Positions 36,504-47,459 of a stretch of 64,000 bases of DNA are shown one piece after another. Below the pieces are notes generated by a model. That model did no database searches and was not told the origin of the DNA. It saw nothing but the letters and a program-made list of their open reading frames with translations. The position numbers were made by a program, and so were the translations under genes. This DNA comes from Candidatus Micrarchaeota archaeon (lineage in GTDB: Archaea > Micrarchaeota > Micrarchaeia > Micrarchaeales > CABMGC01). The stretch is taken from positions 4,200-68,199 of the forward strand of contig JAJYED010000002.1 of NCBI GenBank assembly GCA_021790305.1, read 5' to 3'. Position 1 is the stretch's first letter. Every line of letters begins with the position of its first letter.

Positions 36504-36665
36504 TTTGAGGGACAGAGTACTATTATGAATATCCTTCTATTTAAACATATTGCTTCAACAAGTCTGAGACCTGTCGCCTACACTAAAATATGCCTCTCCT
36601 GATATTTAAATACGATGGTCTTCCTCTAGCATATTCCAAGTTCTAACTAGGGTATAATGCTAATA

Positions 36666-36740
36666 TGGGCCCGGAGGGATTTGAACCCTCGACTTGCTGG
36701 TTAAGAGCCAGCCACTCTGACCAAACTGAGTTACGGACCC
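36666..36740 (-). tRNA. tRNA-Lys (anticodon CTT)
   Basis: Minus strand: GGGTCCG-TA-ACTCAGTTTGGTCAGAGT-G-GCTGG-CTCTTAA-CCAGC-...GAGGGTTCAAATCCCTC-CGGGCCC-A. Confidence 0.9.
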
Positions 36741-37627
36741 GGTTGTCTTCTCTTCCTGGCTGCACAAGCCATATTCATCATGATAAGGCTTGCCAGATGC
36801 GCGGTCATTCCCCCAGCGTCATACTTTGGGTTAAGTTCCATTACATCAAAGCCAAGATTTACGCTCTTTCCTATAGTAGAAGCAATATATAATATTTCCC
36901 TTGCAGTAAGACCACCTGGCACAGGTGTGCTGACTCCAGGAGCGAATGCAGGGTCTACCGAATCAAGGTCTACCGATACGTATACATTATTTGTTATCAT
37001 ACTTCTTGCGTACTTCGAAACAGCAACTATGCCCTCTTCTATTATCCTGTCCATCCCTATGAACTTAATACCTGCCTTTTCAATGCCCTTTTTCTCTTCT
37101 TCCTCTATAGCACGCACACCTATCATCAGGCTTGATTTAGGCTTAACATTCTTCAATGCAAGAATATCATGCACTACCGAACCATAATACCTTCCAGCGG
37201 ATCCTATGCAGTCTGGATGTGCATCTATATAGACAAAACTCCATGCGCCGACACAAGAATCTACGCCCTTAAGTATGTCATAAGTGATCGAGTGATCTCC
37301 ACCTACGCACCCAATTACTCTCTTATTCAAAACCTGCCTTCTTGCAAACGCTTCGATCTTCACCTTTTGGATATCTCCTGCATCATAGCAGTTAAGTGAG
37401 CCTGAAGCCGAGCCTGTATACATTATAGAAGAGCTTTTACCACGCTTTACCAAATCAAATTTCTCTGCCGCAGCCCTTGCCGCTCGCGGACCTCCAGAAC
37501 TTCCCTTCCTTGGAGCCCTCGAACCTCTCTCGCTTGCAACCCCGAATATAACTGAATCTGCATATTTTTCACTAGGCGAAGCGCACCATGGGAAAACAAG
37601 TTTTCTGCCTTTTGCCAAAAGAAACAC
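36731..37627 (-). CDS. speB: Agmatinase/arginase family hydrolase
   Basis: 298 aa with GGDHSITY, IDAHPD and SVDLDSVDPAFAPGVSTPVPGGLT (Mn-binding motifs). GTG start. The last 10 nt, including the TAA stop, overlap the 5' end of tRNA-Lys. Confidence 0.85.
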   Translation of the reverse strand: MFLLAKGRKLVFPWCASPSEKYADSVIFGVASERGSRAPRKGSSGGPRAARAAAEKFDLVKRGKSSSIMYTGSASGSLNCYDAGDIQKVKIEAFARRQVLNKRVIGCVGGDHSITYDILKGVDSCVGAWSFVYIDAHPDCIGSAGRYYGSVVHDILALKNVKPKSSLMIGVRAIEEEEKKGIEKAGIKFIGMDRIIEEGIVAVSKYARSMITNNVYVSVDLDSVDPAFAPGVSTPVPGGLTAREILYIASTIGKSVNLGFDVMELNPKYDAGGMTAHLASLIMMNMACAARKRRQPGP

Positions 37628-37796
37628 CTGTTACAAAGTATGTAATAAAAGCATTATAAACACGCCATTTTCCGCTTCAAAAACCGTTTTCAGAGAACGC
37701 TTTTAATAGTTAATGTGCAATAGTTAAATGGATAAAAACAAGTCTTAGTCACTACAATTTTAATCTCTGGAAAACAATCTTATAAATGCTGATAAA

Positions 37797-39701
37797 ATGG
37801 CCGATGAAACTTACGATGCTTCAAAGATAATTGTGCTTGAAGGAGCACAGGGCATACGTAAGAGACCATCTATGTATATAGGCTCAACAGGCCCATCAGG
37901 GATAATACACCTATTATACGAAGTCATGGACAACGCAGTAGACGAATCCTCTGCAGGTTACTGTAAAAACATAAAGATAAAACTGTACAAGCAGGAAGGA
38001 GCAGACATAGCCGAGGTATCCGACGACGGACGAGGGATACCTGTGGGGATAATGGAGAAGTACGGAAAGAGCGCTCTGGAAGTCATAATGACGACTCTGC
38101 ACAAAGGGGCGAAATTCGAGAACGACGTCTACAAAGTATCAGGCGGACTTCACGGCGTAGGGCTCACTGTGGTAAACGCCCTATCCGAATTCACAGAGGT
38201 CACGGTAAAAAGAAACGGCAACATATACAGACAGACTTTTAGCAGGGGACTCCCAACATCAAAGCTTGAAGTCATAGGAGAGACCAAGGAGACAGGAACA
38301 ACAGTAAAGTTCAAGCCAGACTCGGAGATATTCAGTGTAAACACATTTGACATAGCACTGCTGAACGAAAGGTCAAGATACATAAGCTACACTAACGTCG
38401 GCTTGCGCATCATAATAACCGATGAACGCTTCGGAGACAAGGTAGAAGAGACCTACTACTCCGAAAACGGAATAATAGATTTTGTAGAGTATATAAACAG
38501 GGAAAGATCCCCAATAACCTCTGTAATATACGGCAAGACAACAGCAGATTCTACCACTCTGGAGTATGCGATGCAGTACACCGAGTCATATGACGAAAAG
38601 ATAGAGTCATTCGTAAACAGCATAAAAATGAACGAAGGAGGAACGCACCTTTCAGGTTTCCATGCTGCCTTGACAAGAGCGATAACCAATTACATAGACA
38701 AGAATAAGTCTCTCAACACAAAGGCGAAGATAACTGGAGATGATGCAAAGGAAGGCCTTACTGCCATATTAAGCATAAAGATGCAGAATCCGGAGTTCGA
38801 GGGCCAGACGAAGGAGAAGCTGGGAAACGTGAAGATGAAGACCCTCGTAGAGACATTCGCATACCAGAATATATCAAGGTATTTGGAAGAACACCCATCT
38901 GATGCCAAATCAATAATAAGGAAGATAACTGAGGCTGCAAACGCACGCGATGCTGCAAGACGTGCACGTGAACTTGAGAGGAAGAAAAGCATATTCTCAA
39001 GTGCTGTTCTCCCAGGCAAGCTGTCTGACTGCATACTCAGCGACCCTGAAAAGACCGAACTATTCATAGTAGAAGGAGAGAGCGCAGGCGGATCCAGCAA
39101 GCAGGGAAGGGACAAGAATATACAGGCGATACTTCCGTTAAGGGGAAAGATACTCAATGTAGAAAAAGCAAGCTACGAAAAGATATTTGACAACAAAGAG
39201 ATAAAGACCATGATTACTGCTTTTGGCACAGGGATAAACGAGACCTTCAATGCAGCAAACATACGCTACAAGAAAATAATAATAATGACCGACGCTGACG
39301 TTGACGGAAGTCACATAAGGACGCTGCTGCTTACATTCTTTTACAGGTACATGCGCAAGATAATAGAACTTGGATACGTGTATGCCGCGCAGCCTCCGCT
39401 CTACAAGATCGGGAAGGGCAAGGACGAATACTACTGTTACAGCGATGAAGAACTCACCGAGAAAAGAAAAGAGTACGGGGAGAATGTAGAAGTGCAGAGA
39501 TACAAGGGACTCGGAGAGATGAACTACGAGCAGCTATGGGAAACGACAATGAACCCGAAGAACAGGAAGCTGAAGAAATTATCTATAGAAGATGGTCTTC
39601 ACGCCGATGAACTCTTTACTATATTGATGGGTGCAGACGTAGCGAAGAGGAGGAGATATCTGCAGGAGCATGCGAAGGAGGTAAAAACACTTGACATATA
39701 G
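37797..39701 (+). CDS. gyrB: DNA gyrase subunit B
   Basis: 634 aa with LEGAQGIRKRPSMYIGST, the GHKL ATPase, Toprim EGESAGGS and the PLRGKILNVEKA motif. Confidence 0.95.
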   Translation: MADETYDASKIIVLEGAQGIRKRPSMYIGSTGPSGIIHLLYEVMDNAVDESSAGYCKNIKIKLYKQEGADIAEVSDDGRGIPVGIMEKYGKSALEVIMTTLHKGAKFENDVYKVSGGLHGVGLTVVNALSEFTEVTVKRNGNIYRQTFSRGLPTSKLEVIGETKETGTTVKFKPDSEIFSVNTFDIALLNERSRYISYTNVGLRIIITDERFGDKVEETYYSENGIIDFVEYINRERSPITSVIYGKTTADSTTLEYAMQYTESYDEKIESFVNSIKMNEGGTHLSGFHAALTRAITNYIDKNKSLNTKAKITGDDAKEGLTAILSIKMQNPEFEGQTKEKLGNVKMKTLVETFAYQNISRYLEEHPSDAKSIIRKITEAANARDAARRARELERKKSIFSSAVLPGKLSDCILSDPEKTELFIVEGESAGGSSKQGRDKNIQAILPLRGKILNVEKASYEKIFDNKEIKTMITAFGTGINETFNAANIRYKKIIIMTDADVDGSHIRTLLLTFFYRYMRKIIELGYVYAAQPPLYKIGKGKDEYYCYSDEELTEKRKEYGENVEVQRYKGLGEMNYEQLWETTMNPKNRKLKKLSIEDGLHADELFTILMGADVAKRRRYLQEHAKEVKTLDI

Positions 39702-39708
39702 TGGGAAT

Positions 39709-42132
39709 ATGACTGACGTACAAAATGTATTTTTAGAGGACGAGCTGCAAAGGAGCTACATAGACTATGCCATGAGCGTAATCATAGGCAGAGCCATACC
39801 TGATGCCAGAGACGGACTCAAGCCTGTACAAAGAAGAATACTATACACGATGTACGGCCAGAAGAACTTCCACAATCTGCCTACCAAGAAGAGCGCAAGG
39901 ATAACCGGAGACTGTATGGGAAGGTATCATCCTCACGGAGACATGGCAATATACGACGCGCTCGCAAGGATGACACAGGATTTCTCAATGAGGTACATGC
40001 TTGCAGAAGGGCAGGGGAATTTCGGTTCTATAGATGGAGACCCTCCTGCAGCAATGAGATACACTGAGGTAAGGCTTACCAAGGTATCTGAGGATCTTCT
40101 CGAGGATCTTGATAAGGAGACTGTGAATTTCATACCTAATTTCGACAACACAGAAAAAGAGCCTACAATACTGCCATCAAAGATACCTAACCTGCTTGTC
40201 AACGGTGCAACAGGAATAGCGGTGGGTGTGGCAACAAGCATACCTCCCCACAACCTCGGAGAAGTATGCGAAGCCGTAATCTACAGAATAAAGAACAAGG
40301 AAAGCACTCCAGAAGACATACTAAAAATAATAAAAGGCCCCGATTTTCCTACTGGCGGAATAGCCGTAATGTCCGCAAACGCACTAAACGGATACAAGTA
40401 CGGCAGAGGCCAGGTATCTGTAAAAGCGAAGGCAGAAATAGATGACGAACTGCACAAAATAATAATCACCGAAATACCATACAATCTTAACAAGTCCTCT
40501 TTGATAGAAGGCATAGTAAACACAGTGAAGGACAAGAAAACCGAGGACATAAAGGACATAAGAGACGAAACCGACAAGAGCGGCATACGCATTGTCATAG
40601 ATCTGAAAGGCGGTGCATCCGGAGAGTCAGTACTAAACACGCTATACAAGCACACTCAGCTGCAGACAACAATGCCGATAATAAATCTTGCAGTGATAGA
40701 TACTGCCCTAAGGAACCTGAACATAGTCGACATGCTAGACGCGTTCATCAACCACCGCAGGGAGGTAATACTCAGAAGATCAAAGTACGAGCGCGAAGTC
40801 GCAGCGAACAGGCTGCATATAGTGGAGGGACTACTTATAGCAATAACCAACATAGACGACGTAATAAAGCTGATCAAGAGCAGCGACGAAGTCTCCGGGG
40901 CAAAGAAGAAACTTGTAAAGGACTATGCCCTATCAGAGAAGCAGGCTACGGCGATACTCGACATGAAACTCAGCAGGCTGACCCATCTGGAAAACAACTC
41001 CCTAGACAAGGAGAAGACCGAACTGCAGGCAAAGGTAAAGTACTACAACGAAGTAATCGAGAGCAGCGAAAAGATAGATGGGATAATAATACAGGAAACC
41101 GAGAAGGCGATAAAGGACTATGGGGACAAAAGGAGAACAGAGATAGTATACTCGGATGAGTCTGCAGACATAACTGAAGAAGACATGATAACAGACGAAG
41201 AGATAACGGTGATCAGGACAAAGGCAGGATATGTCAAGAGACTGAGCAAGGAGAATTACAGGGAGCAGGCAAGAGGGGGCAAGGGAATAATCTCGATAAA
41301 TCTGAAAGAAGGAGACTATGTCAACCAGATACTACGCTGCAATAATAAGGATTTCATACTCTGCATAACAAGCACAGGAAGGGCATACTGGCTAAAAGCA
41401 TACAGAATACCTGAAACAGGAAGATATTCCGAAGGCAAGTCGATAGTAAACCTGATACATGCCGAAGAAGAAAAGATTGTCTCAATGATCCCCATACGCA
41501 ATTTTGAAGCATCGACAATGGCGTTCATAACTGCAAGAGGCACTGCGAAGAGAATGAGTGCAAGTCTGTTTGCAAGACCAAGATCCAACGGAGTTCGTGC
41601 TATAAAGCTGGCAGAAGGAGACGAGATCGTAGACTCGATATGCTATTCGGGCAAGAAGTATCTGTTAATATCTACCAAGAAAGGCAAAATAATCAAGTTC
41701 GAAGAGCAGAGCATGAGGACGATAGGCAGGACGGGAATCGGGGTCAGAGGAATAAAACTCAGACAGGATGACAGGGTAACAAACATAATAGCTGCAAGCG
41801 AGTTCGGCAGCGTCTTTACGGTAACGGAAAAAGGATACGGGAAGATAACTGAGATAACAAGGTACAGGACGCAGAACAGAGGAGGAAAGGGAATCATAAA
41901 CCTGAAGGTTTCAGAAAAGACCGGAGACGTATCGAAGACGCTCTACATGTCGCACGAACAGCAGGCAATACTGATAAACTCAAAAGGAGTCAGCATAACG
42001 ATACCTACATCCTCCATAAGGATTACCGGAAGGGCAGCATCAGGAGTGAGGCTTATGAAGGTTGAGCCAGGGACAAAGATAATAGACTGCATAATACTTA
42101 ACGAAGAGCAGCAAAAGCCAGCAGAGGCCTAA
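39709..42132 (+). CDS. gyrA: DNA gyrase subunit A
   Basis: [31 protein letters not shown], the catalytic region AAMRYTE and C-terminal beta-pinwheel repeats. ATG at 39709 is preferred over TTG at 39691. Confidence 0.95.
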   Translation: MTDVQNVFLEDELQRSYIDYAMSVIIGRAIPDARDGLKPVQRRILYTMYGQKNFHNLPTKKSARITGDCMGRYHPHGDMAIYDALARMTQDFSMRYMLAEGQGNFGSIDGDPPAAMRYTEVRLTKVSEDLLEDLDKETVNFIPNFDNTEKEPTILPSKIPNLLVNGATGIAVGVATSIPPHNLGEVCEAVIYRIKNKESTPEDILKIIKGPDFPTGGIAVMSANALNGYKYGRGQVSVKAKAEIDDELHKIIITEIPYNLNKSSLIEGIVNTVKDKKTEDIKDIRDETDKSGIRIVIDLKGGASGESVLNTLYKHTQLQTTMPIINLAVIDTALRNLNIVDMLDAFINHRREVILRRSKYEREVAANRLHIVEGLLIAITNIDDVIKLIKSSDEVSGAKKKLVKDYALSEKQATAILDMKLSRLTHLENNSLDKEKTELQAKVKYYNEVIESSEKIDGIIIQETEKAIKDYGDKRRTEIVYSDESADITEEDMITDEEITVIRTKAGYVKRLSKENYREQARGGKGIISINLKEGDYVNQILRCNNKDFILCITSTGRAYWLKAYRIPETGRYSEGKSIVNLIHAEEEKIVSMIPIRNFEASTMAFITARGTAKRMSASLFARPRSNGVRAIKLAEGDEIVDSICYSGKKYLLISTKKGKIIKFEEQSMRTIGRTGIGVRGIKLRQDDRVTNIIAASEFGSVFTVTEKGYGKITEITRYRTQNRGGKGIINLKVSEKTGDVSKTLYMSHEQQAILINSKGVSITIPTSSIRITGRAASGVRLMKVEPGTKIIDCIILNEEQQKPAEA

Positions 42133-44879
42133 CCGTTCCAGAACTTCCTGTTCTTTATGAATTTCTTCTGTTCCTCAAGAACATCGACAAAGAATTCCTT
42201 GTAATCCCTCCTAATCATACGTAGCACTCTTGCAGCAGTATCAACCCCTATCCCGTATACCGACAACGCGATCACTGCACGGTTTCCATACTCTTTTATC
42301 AATCCGGCCTCCTTCACAATGCCTGCATATACCTTTGCATCTCCCCTGTTCAATGACTTGCCACCGATACGCCTGTTTATCACAGCAGTCTTATTATCCT
42401 CATATATCACCACCATTGGGCTTCCACACTTAATGCACTTTATGCCCTTGTCTTTATCAAAATCCATCTTCTCTTCGAAAGCATAACCGCAGAAACTGCA
42501 GAGCATCAGCAGGCTCTCTTTAGAGAGCTTTTCCTTAAGCCTCTCTACGGCATCTTCCTTGCCAAATTCAGGGGAAAGAAGCTCAGAATAACTGTATGCT
42601 GATTGTATTATCTCTCTAGTGAGCGGCGAACCTGATGAATACACAGATTCAATTTTTATTTCGCCCTTCCTCAGCCCATGTGCAAACTCCTTAACCGATT
42701 CTATATCAAAATAATTCTTTCCAAGCTCCCTCGCTACCTCCTCCATCACAACCGAACCTTCATAGAAGTTCATCACTCTGTCTATGGCGCTTCTCCCCGT
42801 CTTTGCCCCCTTGTCTATTATCCCGAACAGAGTAGCGATCTTGACAAACCTGTACCTGAAAAGATCCGAGCCCCGTATAAAATCAAAAGAGTCGAGCCTT
42901 TCCAAATGCGCTATCTCTAATATGGCTTTTTTGACGTCAGGTTTCCTGAAATTAAGACCAAATTCCAATACGATAGCATAAGGAGTAGCCTTTGCAGTAA
43001 CGCGTCCTCCTGAAGAGTAGGAACATATATAGGAAAGAAGGCGTGCAAGAAGCTCGTTGCCAAGTTTTCCCAGAGCAACATATACTATCGCATAATCCTC
43101 CAACTCTTCAACTATGACCTTAGTGCCGCTCGGCACAAAGAAGGAGCGTTGCTTCTCTATGAAGGTCTCGGCTCTGCTCTTTGCATGCGAGTCGAAGAAA
43201 ACAGCTTTCTTACCAAGCCCATTTTCAATAAACCCATACGCCTTCTCCGCAGTCTCTTTAGAGACAGGTATATCCTCCCCTTCCCAATCCGGAATAGTCG
43301 CCTCTACTCTCTCGCCAGGTTCAACAAATATCGTACCCTCATCAATACTGACGACTCTCCACGGCATGCCCTTGCTTATGAAATATGAACCTTCATCTAT
43401 GTTGGAGTAGACAAACTTCTCATCAAGATAAGAGATGATCCTGTTTGTAACGGCATTCTTTACAGGGAAGCGCGATACTTCTGGTATCACGCTGATATTC
43501 TTATAGAAATACCTCCTTGACCTTCTGCCTATCGATATCCTGCCGTCTCTGACATTGATTATTCCTATGCTTTCGGCAAAAGAGACGATCTGCTGGAACT
43601 TTTCTATCTTAAGCTTCCCGAAGTTTGCAGATCCGCTTATCACCTTGAATGCAGCTGCATGGTCTATCTCCCCATATTCAAGTGCCATGCCGCTCAGCTG
43701 GTTAACTAAAACATCATACGGGTTATTTTCTATACTGCTCCTCTCAAAACTGCCTGCCAATGCATTATCCAATATGGAGGCAGCTTCGAGCGCCTCAAGA
43801 CACTCTGATACTATTATGCTGCCCTTAGATACCTTCCCAACACTATGCCCTCCCCTGCCTATGCGCTGTATCAGGCGTGTAGCTCTCCTCGGAGAACCGT
43901 ACTGTATGACAAAATCAACCTTGCCTATGTCAATTCCAAGCTCAAGCGAGCTGGTTGCCACTATCGCCTTGAACCTTCCCTCCTTGAATCCTGATTCGGT
44001 CGCTATCCTCTCCTCCTTCTCTATAGAACCGTGATGCACACTCAAAGGCCCAAATTCCATCTTCTTATCAAGATACAAGAGCTTCCTGCCAAGCGCCTCT
44101 ACAGCCTGCCTGGTATTTGCAAACACTATCGTAGCGTCAGACTCTCTTATCAAGGAAGCAATGCGGTATATCCTTGCTGCAGCAGCGTCATCAATGCTGA
44201 AGAATTCCTTTATCCCTTCAGAGTCCTTAACCTTTTCAGGCATCTCTATCCTTATGTCAAATGTCTTTTCAGTGTCAGATCCTATGACAACATGCTTCCT
44301 ATCAGAAAAGATGAACCTGCATGCCTCATCAAGATTGCCTATAGTGGCGCTTATGCCTATTCTCTGGAATCCTGGCGCAATTGCCTCAAGCCTCTCCAAG
44401 GCGACGGAGAGCTGTGCCCCTCTCTTATTGTAATATAACTCGTGCAGTTCGTCTACCACAACAATCTTCACGTTCTTCAGAGAATCCCTGAGTCTTTTGG
44501 AAAGGAAGAGGTTCTGGAGCGTTTCAGGAGTAGTTACAAGTATTTTAGGAGGTTCTTCCGCCTGCTCCCTCCTCTCTTTTAAAGAGGTATCCCCGTGTCT
44601 TACCGCCATAGTTACTCCAGATGCGCTTGACAGTTCCGTGAGCCTTTTCAGCAGATCCCTGTTCAGAGATTTAAGCGGCGTTATATACAAGGCAAATATT
44701 CCATTCTCATGTGCTTGCGCCATCTTCAGCATCGGAAGGAAGACTGCCTCTGTCTTCCCGCTTCCAGTAGGCGCAGCTATTATGCAGTTCTTTTTTCCTT
44801 CTATCTCCTTGAAAGACCTTTCCTGGATTTGGGTGAATGTTCCGTACTTGTCCAGAAAAAGCGAGAATGGATCCATCAT
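42129..44879 (-). CDS. lhr: Lhr-type large ATP-dependent helicase (DExH)
   Basis: 916 aa with Walker A APTGSGKTEA, motif II VVVDELHEL, QRIGRGGH and a C-terminal Lhr-associated region with a CxxC...CxxC zinc ribbon. Confidence 0.85.
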   Translation of the reverse strand: MMDPFSLFLDKYGTFTQIQERSFKEIEGKKNCIIAAPTGSGKTEAVFLPMLKMAQAHENGIFALYITPLKSLNRDLLKRLTELSSASGVTMAVRHGDTSLKERREQAEEPPKILVTTPETLQNLFLSKRLRDSLKNVKIVVVDELHELYYNKRGAQLSVALERLEAIAPGFQRIGISATIGNLDEACRFIFSDRKHVVIGSDTEKTFDIRIEMPEKVKDSEGIKEFFSIDDAAAARIYRIASLIRESDATIVFANTRQAVEALGRKLLYLDKKMEFGPLSVHHGSIEKEERIATESGFKEGRFKAIVATSSLELGIDIGKVDFVIQYGSPRRATRLIQRIGRGGHSVGKVSKGSIIVSECLEALEAASILDNALAGSFERSSIENNPYDVLVNQLSGMALEYGEIDHAAAFKVISGSANFGKLKIEKFQQIVSFAESIGIINVRDGRISIGRRSRRYFYKNISVIPEVSRFPVKNAVTNRIISYLDEKFVYSNIDEGSYFISKGMPWRVVSIDEGTIFVEPGERVEATIPDWEGEDIPVSKETAEKAYGFIENGLGKKAVFFDSHAKSRAETFIEKQRSFFVPSGTKVIVEELEDYAIVYVALGKLGNELLARLLSYICSYSSGGRVTAKATPYAIVLEFGLNFRKPDVKKAILEIAHLERLDSFDFIRGSDLFRYRFVKIATLFGIIDKGAKTGRSAIDRVMNFYEGSVVMEEVARELGKNYFDIESVKEFAHGLRKGEIKIESVYSSGSPLTREIIQSAYSYSELLSPEFGKEDAVERLKEKLSKESLLMLCSFCGYAFEEKMDFDKDKGIKCIKCGSPMVVIYEDNKTAVINRRIGGKSLNRGDAKVYAGIVKEAGLIKEYGNRAVIALSVYGIGVDTAARVLRMIRRDYKEFFVDVLEEQKKFIKNRKFWNG

Positions 44880-44883
44880 AAGA

Positions 44884-46521
44884 TTAGACTACGTATGCGC
44901 TTCCGTTCGCCTGAAGCCTTGTCCTGTTAAGGGTATAGTTAAGAGTAAGGCCCAGGTACAGGTTGAACGGCACACCATAAATCTTAGTGCCGTTGTAATA
45001 TGTGCATCCTATGCTGAGGTTTGCAGCTTGCTTGGCCTTCAATGTATAGTTTACTTTTGTAAAGAGCAACGAAGGCGCTTCTGCAAAGCAGCTTCCTCCG
45101 GTCAACGAGACCGTGCTGCTGTAATTGTTAATCACACGGAAGCTCAAAGTGCTGTTTGAGAACGTGACATCTGTGCAGTTGAATCCTTCTACAAAACCAC
45201 ATTCGCTCTGTATTCCAGGCAGGAAGACGAGGGACTTGGCGCTGCTATTATAAAACGCTGCATGAATCAAGCCTACTGCCTCTGGGATAGTTTCCAATAA
45301 CTTAGATGTGCTTGAAAGTGAGTAATCAGTATAATTAATTCCGCCGACATACGCGCGTGTTGAAACAAGGGAGAAGTTGCCTATCTTGCCAGAGATTGGA
45401 AGATCGTAAGTTGAGCAGTAAGAGGTCCCGGATATATTATAAATCGCGCCGTGGCATACAAGCAAAGGATTGGTAAGGTTTGTAGATATATGCATGTAAT
45501 TTATGCTGCCATTCATCTCAAGAAGCTCTCCATGGCTGAAAACATTGCCAGCAAAACCCGTATATCTGCCTATCAGAGTAGCGTTAGATGCAAAAGAGTC
45601 ATTCCTGAATGTTATGTTCTGCATATCAGGCGTATAATATGATTCAGGAGGATGCTCCAAGACACGTGTACAGTTTTCAGTACCGTTTGTGCCTATCATC
45701 TTTATCCATCCGCCGCTATACCAGCTGCACATTGTCGATATGTTGCTGAGCTTCACGAAGGTAACCTGCGTTCCGTTATAAGTGAAGTTGTGGTGCGCAA
45801 GTTCTTTGTATCCTGCAGCATATACAAAAGCCGAAGGTTCAAGATATCCCTTCAGCCATATCGATGAAATTGCGTTATTTTCTGAATATGCTCCGTTGGA
45901 GTATGCCATATCATTTATGTAAGCGCCTGCGATGCTTGTAATCGGGTATAGGAAGGTATTCAACGCGCTGATATTGGAAAAGGCCATTGGTGAAGAAGAG
46001 AAATTCGTGTAAAAGAAAGAGCCTGTGACTACTCCTGAGCTTTTCAGATTTGCATAAGAGCCTGAAACAAGGCCGTTTCTTGATATGTATGAATAAGGCG
46101 AAGGCGATTCGCTATTGCTTACTACAAAGCTTGCATCTGCCTGTGCCTGCGCTCTGTCTGAAATGTCAAAGACTCTTCCTGGGTCTGCAACAACCGAAAC
46201 ATTGTATAAACCCGATTTTGAAGGGGTGTAATTGAAAGGTATGACTGCAGCTTTCCCAACAGGTATGTCCAGTTTGTATGTATTCTTCAGGCTCCCGTTC
46301 ATGTAAAGCCCGAAATCAAGGTTGGATATAGAAGAACTGCCTGTATTAGTAACGACTATCGGCATTGCAACATTCTGGTAAGGGTAAATATTAGCGTTAA
46401 GTCGGGTCTTGTTGAAAGATACAGTTAACTGGTAAGATGCAGTGTAATAGAACCTGTAGTACAGAGCTGCCGCTGCAATTATCACAAAGATCGCAATCCA
46501 TATGTATATCTCGTTCTTCAT
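44884..46521 (-). CDS. Membrane-anchored extracellular protein rich in N-x-S/T sequons
   Basis: 545 aa with an N-terminal TM helix (IYIWIAIFVIIAAAALYY), a CARDB-like segment (VVTNTGSSSISNLDFGLYMNG) and numerous glycosylation sequons. It sits 4 nt upstream of lhr. Confidence 0.6.
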   Translation of the reverse strand: MKNEIYIWIAIFVIIAAAALYYRFYYTASYQLTVSFNKTRLNANIYPYQNVAMPIVVTNTGSSSISNLDFGLYMNGSLKNTYKLDIPVGKAAVIPFNYTPSKSGLYNVSVVADPGRVFDISDRAQAQADASFVVSNSESPSPYSYISRNGLVSGSYANLKSSGVVTGSFFYTNFSSSPMAFSNISALNTFLYPITSIAGAYINDMAYSNGAYSENNAISSIWLKGYLEPSAFVYAAGYKELAHHNFTYNGTQVTFVKLSNISTMCSWYSGGWIKMIGTNGTENCTRVLEHPPESYYTPDMQNITFRNDSFASNATLIGRYTGFAGNVFSHGELLEMNGSINYMHISTNLTNPLLVCHGAIYNISGTSYCSTYDLPISGKIGNFSLVSTRAYVGGINYTDYSLSSTSKLLETIPEAVGLIHAAFYNSSAKSLVFLPGIQSECGFVEGFNCTDVTFSNSTLSFRVINNYSSTVSLTGGSCFAEAPSLLFTKVNYTLKAKQAANLSIGCTYYNGTKIYGVPFNLYLGLTLNYTLNRTRLQANGSAYVV

Positions 46522-46536
46522 AGAAAAAGCACCATC

Positions 46537-46998
46537 TCAATTCTTGCTGCTTATCTCTTTTAACACTTCTTTTATGTTGATGAATACATCTTTATAATAA
46601 CTCTCAAAAATATTGAAGTTCCATGGTTCATGGGCCATTCCGGGAGCAGAAGCACCCCTCTTGAAGTAAAAGCGACCATCAGAATTGTCTACGAGCCCCA
46701 TTTTCTTCATGCGGAGCAGATGGTATCTGAGTGTCTTTTCATTCATAGGCTCCCATTTGCTGCTTATATACTCAAGAAGGTCAGGCACTTTTGGATCCTG
46801 TTTCTTATTAAACTGGAAGTTGAGCATGGCATCAAGTACGGCTACTGCTGAGAGTCTGGACTCTCCAGGATTTATTATGCCTAAAGAGAGGGCAAGCCAT
46901 CTGAGCGCAGATCTCTTTGTCTCAAGCACCTCCTTGGTCAGCCTCATCTTCCTGAGTGTAAGCTCCCCTTCTATAAGACTGCTCTCATTAAGTTCCAA
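46537..46998 (-). CDS. Hypothetical winged-helix (wHTH) protein
   Basis: 153 aa. EKTLRYHLLRMKKMGLVDNSDGRFYF resembles a recognition helix plus wing. Confidence 0.4.
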   Translation of the reverse strand: MELNESSLIEGELTLRKMRLTKEVLETKRSALRWLALSLGIINPGESRLSAVAVLDAMLNFQFNKKQDPKVPDLLEYISSKWEPMNEKTLRYHLLRMKKMGLVDNSDGRFYFKRGASAPGMAHEPWNFNIFESYYKDVFINIKEVLKEISSKN

Positions 46999-47089
46999 AG
47001 AATCTCCTGTTACAACAATAAGGATTATAGATAATATCTTATATAATTTTGCTACGATTTAATAGTACTCGTTTTAACAGGATGAAAAC

Positions 47090-47440
47090 ATGGAACCACA
47101 AAGTAACCAGCAAAAAGAGATAGAGAAGCTTGCAAAGGACTACCAGATAGCGCAGGAGCAGCTTCGCATGGTCACGCTGCAATTAGAGCAGCTCAAGGCC
47201 CAGAAGGCAGAGCTCGACGGAGCAAAGGAACAGCTTGAGAAGGCTACAGGAAAGACCTACTCAACGATAGGCGGTATAATGGTAGAGACCGATAAGGCAA
47301 AGGCGCTTGACGATGTAAAGGACAGATCGGAACTTACCCAGGCAAGGCTGCAGTCTATAAACAAGCAGTATACAGAGCTGAAGGCAAAGGAGAAGGACCT
47401 GAACGCCAAGATAGCTGACATATACAAGGGCAGCCAGTAA
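47090..47440 (+). CDS. pfdB: Prefoldin beta subunit
   Basis: 116 aa with coiled coil, beta hairpin (TYSTIGGIMVETDK), coiled coil architecture. Confidence 0.85.
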   Translation: MEPQSNQQKEIEKLAKDYQIAQEQLRMVTLQLEQLKAQKAELDGAKEQLEKATGKTYSTIGGIMVETDKAKALDDVKDRSELTQARLQSINKQYTELKAKEKDLNAKIADIYKGSQ

Positions 47441-47459
47441 TTCTTACACGGGTGAGCCG

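Noticed and set aside
36021-36602. 193-aa and 133-aa plus-strand ORFs opposite tfe
   Set aside because: They are antisense shadows of the purine-rich (Lys-codon) tfe extension and have no motifs.
44497-45159. 220-aa plus-strand ORF spanning the lhr / surface-protein junction
   Set aside because: It crosses two well-supported minus-strand genes and has no recognisable features.
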